Assembly (NCBI GenBank): GCA_014801075.1
Contig: JAAVEW010000020.1
Span: forward strand, 94,037-158,036
DNA: 64,000 nt
Source: Barnesiella sp.
Lineage (GTDB): Bacteria > Bacteroidota > Bacteroidia > Bacteroidales > Muribaculaceae
Reading direction: 5' to 3'
Shown here: piece by piece, positions 58,116 to 64,000 of the stretch
Position numbering within the stretch: position 1 is the first letter of the stretch
Layout of the letters: each line of letters starts with the position of its first letter
Position numbers and translations under genes: made by a program
Notes under the pieces: generated by a model
The model's database searches: none
The model's input: the letters and a program-made list of their open reading frames with translations, nothing else
Told to the model about the DNA's origin: nothing

Positions 58116-60611
58116 ATGACTGATTATTCCTCTCTCTTTCTTAAGATTGATGCCCTGAAGGCTAAAATAGCCAGGGACTCAATCACTCCTTCATCTCTTG
58201 GCTCTTTACTTGAAGAAATTCTCCTTACTATGGAGTCTATCGACATGACTTCTGAGCGTGAGACTATACGTTCTGCGTTGACAACTGCCTCCTCCGCTCT
58301 TGCTAAGGCTGTAAGCAACGAAAAAGACATCAATACCTTGTTGCATGGTAACGTGTCGGAAGCCATTGACAATCTTAACGAAATTATCGCTTTCCTCGAT
58401 GGGGTCAAGGACGACGAGCGGTTCGCTTCCTACATCTCCGACCTCGACGACCGTAAATATGACATCGACTACCTCGAGCGCCGGATTGCGCCCAAGGTAG
58501 AACGCACCTCGGAGTGGAACGATGGCTACATACGTACCACCTCCGATGGCTCCCGGCCCGTCGAGCACGTTAGCTTCACACCGGTAATCCAATCGCCCTA
58601 CCGTCATCGAATCATCAAATGCAAGGAGGGCGACCGCTTCAAACTCAACTATAAGGGTGGCACCTTCCTCGGCCGTGCCTGGAACTTCCTCGCAGCTGAC
58701 AAATCCGTCATCGCTCAGTCATCCCTCGAGACTATCGACGAAGAGCTCGTCGCCCCCGCCGGCGCCCGTTACCTCGTCATGAACGCTACAATTAGCTACG
58801 GCACATTTGAGTTCCTTAACGGGTCAGCTATGAAAAAGACCCTGAATCTGCTTTGCTTCGGCAACTCATTTACTGAGGACTCCATGGGCTACGTACCCAT
58901 GATATTGAAGCGTATTGCCCCCGAAGTTGAAGTCACTATCGGTATCGCATACCTCGGAGGCTGCTCCCTTCAGCAGCACCTCGCCAACTTCTGCGGCCGG
59001 GCTCTTACCGACGCCGGCACTGAGTACACACCGAAACGCTACACCTACTATCTCAATCAGCAAGGTACGCCATGGGCTACCCAATACGATAAAAGCCTCG
59101 ACGACATTCTCGCTGATAAAGAATGGGATGTCGTCACCTTTCAGCAAAACGGTTCGCAGTCTTACCTCGAGTGGACGGACGTTATCTGGCCCTTTATAAG
59201 CGAACTCGTCAAGCTGCTCGCCGAGAAGGTAACCAAGCCCGTTAAATGCGGATGGCTGCTCACTCATGGCGCCTACGGTGCCAGCGATGCCGGATTTGAA
59301 AAATACTGGAGAGGAACCGCCGACAACGCCGAAAAAACTGAAAATGCCCTCGGCTGCATCGTATTTCCCTACGGAACGGCCGTTCAGAATATGCGACGTA
59401 CCGAATTGCGGACACTCGGCGACGGTTCCGCCCACAACCTGACTATCGATAACGGCCATCTTCAGGAAGGCATAGGCTGCTACGGCGCGGCTCTCGCCAA
59501 TGCAATGAAAATATTGCAGCTCGTCGGCGTGGATAAGACCGGCATCCTCGGTGATACTACCGACATCACTGAGGCGTCCATCACAGCAATGAATGTTCCC
59601 GGGCGTCACCTCGGCACCGGCATAATCGGCATGACTCCCGAGAACCGCATCATAGCTCAGCGGGCAGCCGTCGCCGCCATACGAAATCCCTACTGCCTGA
59701 CTGACATCTCTACCGGTGAACTCACTCCCGATACAAACAAGAAAGAGCATGAAGCCATAACACAGGCAATTAACCGTGTCGCTGAGGACATCGCCAAGGC
59801 CAAAATTGCCCTCTTCGACGACATGTGGGCCTCCATCGACGGCACCAAGCTCGACAACGGCAACTACCGCAAGACAGCAGCGGGCAAAGAACTGACCCTC
59901 GCCGAAGCCATCGTCCGCTACGAGCGCAACGGGTTTATCGAGGAATGGAACCACAAGTTTAAATTCTATGGGTGGAATTACTATCAGCGCCCCTACGTAA
60001 CTGAAAATGGCGGCTACAACGAGTTTACCCTCTTCTATGAGGGTAACGGATTGAACAACATAACGCACGAGCAAGCTGTCAATATCCTAAGAACCCCGCT
60101 CCCCGGTACGCCCAAAATCCCTGCCATGTGGTTTGCCGGTTATGATATACGCACGAATGTGCCGAGGCTGCGTGCCGGCACTCTCGAATATTGCCCATTT
60201 TTCGCCCAGTATCGCATTGAGGTTATCGCTCTTGCCGACAATACTGAAATCCCGAGCGGCTTATGTTATCAGTGTTTCTGCCTCCATACCATTAAAGGAG
60301 TCTTGAAGTTGTCAGGGCAGACGTTTGCCAGCCAGACATGGAATCTGGAAAACGTTACGGTTTATTGTACTAAGGCTAATATCTCATACCAATTTAAGGA
60401 TAACCGCAAACTGTCCTACGACTCAGTCAAATACACCATAGAGCATACAGCTGTAGTATGTACGCTAATTTATCACCCCGACGTCTATGCCAAGCTGACA
60501 GGCGACACTACCAACGAAGCTGCTGCGGCGCTGACCGAGGAAGAGCTCGCACAGTGGCAGGACCTACTGGCAACCGCCGTCTCAAAAAACATAGCCATCG
60601 CAACCGTTTAA
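58116..60611 (+). CDS. Tail fibre / receptor-binding protein with central SGNH-like (DUF4886-like) domain
   Basis: LCFGNSFTEDS...WDVVTFQQ...DNGHL; C-terminal domain is paralogous to 60728-61432. Confidence 0.7.
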   Translation: MTDYSSLFLKIDALKAKIARDSITPSSLGSLLEEILLTMESIDMTSERETIRSALTTASSALAKAVSNEKDINTLLHGNVSEAIDNLNEIIAFLDGVKDDERFASYISDLDDRKYDIDYLERRIAPKVERTSEWNDGYIRTTSDGSRPVEHVSFTPVIQSPYRHRIIKCKEGDRFKLNYKGGTFLGRAWNFLAADKSVIAQSSLETIDEELVAPAGARYLVMNATISYGTFEFLNGSAMKKTLNLLCFGNSFTEDSMGYVPMILKRIAPEVEVTIGIAYLGGCSLQQHLANFCGRALTDAGTEYTPKRYTYYLNQQGTPWATQYDKSLDDILADKEWDVVTFQQNGSQSYLEWTDVIWPFISELVKLLAEKVTKPVKCGWLLTHGAYGASDAGFEKYWRGTADNAEKTENALGCIVFPYGTAVQNMRRTELRTLGDGSAHNLTIDNGHLQEGIGCYGAALANAMKILQLVGVDKTGILGDTTDITEASITAMNVPGRHLGTGIIGMTPENRIIAQRAAVAAIRNPYCLTDISTGELTPDTNKKEHEAITQAINRVAEDIAKAKIALFDDMWASIDGTKLDNGNYRKTAAGKELTLAEAIVRYERNGFIEEWNHKFKFYGWNYYQRPYVTENGGYNEFTLFYEGNGLNNITHEQAVNILRTPLPGTPKIPAMWFAGYDIRTNVPRLRAGTLEYCPFFAQYRIEVIALADNTEIPSGLCYQCFCLHTIKGVLKLSGQTFASQTWNLENVTVYCTKANISYQFKDNRKLSYDSVKYTIEHTAVVCTLIYHPDVYAKLTGDTTNEAAAALTEEELAQWQDLLATAVSKNIAIATV

Positions 60612-60623
60612 ATCCTTAAAGCT

Positions 60624-61432
60624 ATGATAGAAAGCAGAATCGTAAATAATTCATTTACAGAGATATACGTGAGGGGGGGGTAAATACCTACCTTACAGAA
60701 AGTTACCCGACCAACTTTCATACGTTCGTGCCCCGTAGGATACTCACCGATGGTGACAGCATCGACAACTACCGGGAAGTTACAGCCGCCGAGCGTGCCG
60801 CCATCGAGGCCGAGGCCGCTAAATGGGTTCTACCCCCGCAACTGTTCATCGACATGTGGGACATCGCCTGCGGGAAATATGGACGGTATAACAGAGCGAC
60901 CGGTTACTTTGAGCTTAACGGCCTGACCGATATAACTTACGAGCAGGCGATAGCTATTTACCAGGCGTGGAGACCGAAGAATGCTGCCGATACGTTGCAG
61001 ATTTATGCCCGCATGAATATCCGTACCAACATCCCCTGGGTGCAGTCAATCAATTCGGGTTGCGGTGAGGCATTCTTTGCAAACTCAACTATCGAAGTTG
61101 CCCATTTATCAGAGCCATCTACTACTATCACCGGGTTATACTGTTTCTACATGTGCTCAAAGCTGCATACGATAATCGGTGATATAAGATTTGGCCTGAG
61201 CAATGAGTTCAAACAGTGCTCCAAGCTTGTCTCTGTGACGGCGAGGATGAATGTGTCAGGAGGCCAATTGTCATTCATTGGCAGCCCATTGCTCAGCCTT
61301 GACTCCATCAGATACTCAATCGAGAAGTCCCAACCGTGTACCATCTTACTGCACCCCAACGCCTACGCACGCGTCACAGACGAACTGTTCACGCTTGCCG
61401 AAGAGAGAAATATCACTTTAGCAGCCGCTTAA
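60624..61432 (+). CDS. Second receptor-binding-like protein, split by a G8-TAA frameshift (19-aa ORF 60624-60683 plus -1 frame to 61432)
   Basis: ATG 60624...AGG GGG GGG TAA. The -1 frame from 60680 is open (VNTYLTESYPTNFHTF) into ORF 60728-61432. Confidence 0.6.
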
Positions 61433-61457
61433 AAAACATCAACCAATATCAACCGAC

Positions 61458-61889
61458 ATGAAAAAAGAATACATCGAGAGCGTAGACCGCTACGCCATAG
61501 CATGCGACAACGACCACTACCTGCACCGCATAGGCTCGCAGGAATACCCCAAGATACGCCACACCCGCGTCGCCCCCGACGACATCGACAACTGGGAGGA
61601 AATCCCCGTGGCCGACTTCCCCGCCTACACCGTCGACCAGTACAAGGCAAAAGTCGTAGAGCTTATCCGTGAGCGCTACGACATCAACAAGGAGTTTGAG
61701 ATACAGCGCGAGATGTGGCGCGTCATGCTCCCCGCCCTTGCGACCCTCGACGACGAGGACGGCGCCGGCCACACCGCGCCCGTTGACCCCGACGCCGCCA
61801 TCGCCGCCTTCCGCACCTACAACGCCTACGTAGACAACTGCAAGCTCCGCGCGGTAGAGGAGTTGGAGACGAAAGGAGGTGAGGTATAG
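61458..61889 (+). CDS. Hypothetical tail-associated protein
   Basis: 143 aa; high-GC host-like codon use. Confidence 0.75.
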   Translation: MKKEYIESVDRYAIACDNDHYLHRIGSQEYPKIRHTRVAPDDIDNWEEIPVADFPAYTVDQYKAKVVELIRERYDINKEFEIQREMWRVMLPALATLDDEDGAGHTAPVDPDAAIAAFRTYNAYVDNCKLRAVEELETKGGEV

Positions 61890-62790
61890 AACTTAATCCG
61901 GCGCACGTCGTTGCCCTTGACTTGTCCCACTGCAGACAGGGCCCAAACAAAGGACTTAACGAGTGGGGCATGCCCCGGTCGATAGTCGGGGCGTTCCTTA
62001 AATAGAATGTTGAATTCTCTGCTCTACATGAGGAGATGAGACTGACATGGTGTCAGTTCTCATCTCCTCATTTCGTTTCGTTCATTCACCATACTATTGT
62101 CAGTCACTTAAACCCGCCTGACTCCCTTTCACTCAATCAGTCCTTTGTTTGGGCCGTGCCCGCCATGGGAGTTTGCGCAGCAACAACATGAGCGCCGGAA
62201 GCCCACCCCAGGCCCCTCGTTAGGGCGCTAAGTTCGCACATCGCTCATCAGTCATAGTTTCTTCATCTCGTCGAGGATAAAGTATTGCCGTAGTCCTTCG
62301 GACATCGGCACGAAGCATTGCGCTCGCATTCGTCGTCGGCCCCACCCATTGCCGCTGACTCATTCCGGGCGCCGATGGTGGTTGTTCCAATCACCACCCG
62401 CACCCTCCATCAGTCCAAGGCGCGGAAAAGGGCAGGCCTGACGGCGAGGCGGTACTGTGTACACGCAGCAATGCCCCGGCTACTTACTCCTCTCCTCTAT
62501 ATCATCACTACGCCTTATTCGCTAAGCACTCACTTACGACCCTAACGAGCCGAATACCGCTCCATCGGAGCAGAGCGGTCGCCAATGCCTACACCGCACC
62601 ATCTTACAGATGACAGCGGTGTAGGCGTTGGCCTCATTACCGTGCATCTGTCGCCGTGCCTCGGTTTCGCTCCCATCTGCACGCTTGCCCCACTCGCATA
62701 TTCCGCTTCTTTGAAAGGCTTAGGCGGCATCGCTCCGTAGGGCGGGCGGGGGTCGTTTGACGGAAAAAGGGGAAAAATTCCCCTTTTGAC
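61890..62790 (+). ncRNA. Candidate large structured non-coding RNA/DNA element
   Basis: No credible long ORF. Perfect long-range complements of 17, 11 and 10 bp plus several hairpins with G-U pairs on the + strand. Confidence 0.4.
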
Positions 62791-62944
62791 CCCTTTAAAT
62801 CCTTAGAAATTACGACTTTAATTTTTGAACCCCTGGAAAAATTAAAATAATCGTAAAATTTCACGGAAAACTCTAAGGAAATATCCCTTGCAAACCAGAC
62901 ATTTACGTGTGCTGTAAATTCTCCAAAAAAATATTCATTGTTGC

Positions 62945-63191
62945 TTTGTTTTCGTATTATTTTTTTGTATATTTGCAATGCCAACGTAACATGAGCGTTT
63001 GTCGTTCCCGTAGAGCCACGGTCATCGGCTCGAACATTCTTCGGGCATTTTTTATGCCCTTACAGTCATTTACGGCTGCTGTCCTCTCACAACTTTTGCT
63101 CTTCGGAGACGAAGCTCGTGTTACGTTTGGCGACGGAGGATGGCAGCCGTCTTTTACTACTGCCTGTAACGCCAAATGTAACACAAAAATG
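62945..63191 (+). ncRNA. c4/CI-like antisense-switch leader, copy 3
   Basis: Promoter 62945-62975; A1 62980-62996, A' 63114-63131, A2 63171-63184; stem 63072-63086/63136-63150; ATG at 63189. Confidence 0.65.
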
Positions 63192-63443
63192 GAAGAATTA
63201 AGACAATTGACCATAGGTCAAAAAGCCATCGTAGACGGCTATCTCGAGAATTATGAACCCGCTGAAACTTACGACCACGACATGCATGTGCTCATCGACA
63301 CGCAAACGATGATATTTCAGATGAATACAATGGGGTTCTTCGATGAAAACATGCTATCCGACTACCTCGCAGAAAAAGGTTACCGCGCCCACTTCGAGCC
63401 TGATGACGCGCTAAGTGGCTGGATAATGAAAGAGATTAGATAA
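63189..63443 (+). CDS. Small acidic protein under leader copy 3
   Basis: MEELRQLTIG..., 84 aa. The ORF-track extension to 62907 runs through the promoter and leader. Confidence 0.7.
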   Translation: MEELRQLTIGQKAIVDGYLENYEPAETYDHDMHVLIDTQTMIFQMNTMGFFDENMLSDYLAEKGYRAHFEPDDALSGWIMKEIR

Positions 63444-63470
63444 CACTGACCATAATATAAATTTACGACT

Positions 63471-63638
63471 ATGGAAGTATGGATTTTAGTATTTGTAGTG
63501 GTCCTTATTCTCAAAGGGATTAAAGTCCCGACGAACGTGTCGGATGGCTCGCCCTCTTGTCGACGACGTTCACGTAGAACGAGACCCCGCCACAAATCAC
63601 GGGGATTGCCTTGGATGGACCCTAACTACCGTAAATAG
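63471..63638 (+). CDS. Small single-TM Arg-rich protein, 55 aa (paralog of 28512-28727)
   Basis: MEVWILVFVVVLILKGIKVPT...GLPWMDPNYRK*. Confidence 0.7.
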   Translation: MEVWILVFVVVLILKGIKVPTNVSDGSPSCRRRSRRTRPRHKSRGLPWMDPNYRK

Positions 63639-63666
63639 GTATTGTATTTATTAGAAAATAAATCGA

Positions 63667-63703
63667 CGCCACGCTGTATTTAATTTCAGCGTGGCGTTTT
63701 TTT
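63667..63703 (+). terminator. Terminator of the leader-3 operon
   Basis: ACGCCACGCTG/CAGCGTGGCGT followed by a T-run. Confidence 0.75.
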
Positions 63704-63705
63704 GT

Positions 63706-63740
63706 GTCTTTTAATAAAGATTACTCATGCGATAGCTTTG
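63706..63740 (+). promoter_or_regulatory. Putative phage late promoter 5
   Basis: GTCTTT-N21-TAGCTTTG. Confidence 0.6.
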
Positions 63741-63763
63741 CCTTAAATCAATCTCTCCAAAAA

Positions 63764-64000
63764 ATGAGTGGCATAAAAGATACCGCAACCGTAACCTTAA
63801 ATGTCAATGGCGCGCAGGCAAAGCAGATGATGGGCGAAGTGTCTCAGAAGATTCTCGAGACAAGGGCTAAAATCATTTCGATGCAGGAAAGCATGGCCGA
63901 CCCTAAAGCCATAGAAAAGACTCGCAAGGAACTAAAAAAATACGAAAAACAACTTGAAGAAATGAAGTCAGCTACCGAGGGCGTAAAATCAGCTCTCGGT
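63764..64000 (+). CDS. Probable tape measure protein, N-terminus (3'-truncated)
   Basis: MSGIKDTATVTLNVNGAQAKQMM followed by coiled coil; frame open to the window end. Confidence 0.65.
   Translation, partial: MSGIKDTATVTLNVNGAQAKQMMGEVSQKILETRAKIISMQESMADPKAIEKTRKELKKYEKQLEEMKSATEGVKSALG

Larger units (their letters stand above)
28850..64000. mobile_element. Temperate tailed prophage (siphovirus-like), right end beyond window
   Basis: Repressor/Cro switch, primase-helicase, Clp head protease, capsid, terminase, amidase, portal, tail fibres and tape measure; composition shifts from the host genes; att fragment at the left end. Confidence 0.93.

Noticed and set aside
58866-60074. 402-aa antisense ORF in the tail fibre
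   Set aside because: Codon-complement shadow of the sense gene; no promoter or motifs.
58116-62790. Diversity-generating retroelement (TR/VR) acting on the tail-fibre genes
   Set aside because: No reverse transcriptase in the window, and no near-identical repeat pair differing only at adenines. The two paralogous domains differ throughout. An RT beyond the window cannot be excluded.
61890-62790. Retron msr-msd or group I/II intron
   Set aside because: No RT or homing endonuclease nearby, and I could not recognise the catalytic-core motifs.
28850-64000. Stop-codon reassignment in the prophage
   Set aside because: Phage genes are full length and densely packed under the standard code; only the G8 site breaks a gene.

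Overview
Bacteroidales chromosome (probably Muribaculaceae-like, judged from TTTG-N19-21-TAnnTTTG promoters, a SusC/D PUL and codon style). 1-6553: low-GC accessory/defence-like island with the C-terminus of an AbiEii nucleotidyltransferase, a ~480-nt densely structured leader, and a 4-gene membrane/TRAFAC-GTPase cluster. 6827-28727: core genes (mtnN, luxS, AlbA_2-like, miaA, pepT, SusC/D/E/F-like PUL, GH43, mdh, thioredoxin, ECF sigma cassette, TonB receptor). 28832-28849: 18-bp 3' fragment of a tRNA-Pro, read as an att core. It marks the left end of a >35-kb temperate siphovirus-like prophage that runs off the window: repressor/Cro, primase-helicase, HicAB, Clp protease, capsid, terminase, lysis, portal, tail fibres and the start of the tape measure. 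Most notable: (i) three diverged, covarying copies of a promoter + A/antisense-A/A RNA switch with P1 c4 / P4 CI-like architecture; (ii) a ~900-nt essentially non-coding, heavily base-paired region in the tail module; (iii) a five-copy phage late-promoter motif GTCTTT-N21-TAnnTTTG; (iv) a G8-TAA frameshift site gating a second receptor-binding gene; (v) the structured-RNA-led GTPase cluster next to AbiEii. All calls come from reading the sequence; no database searches were run.
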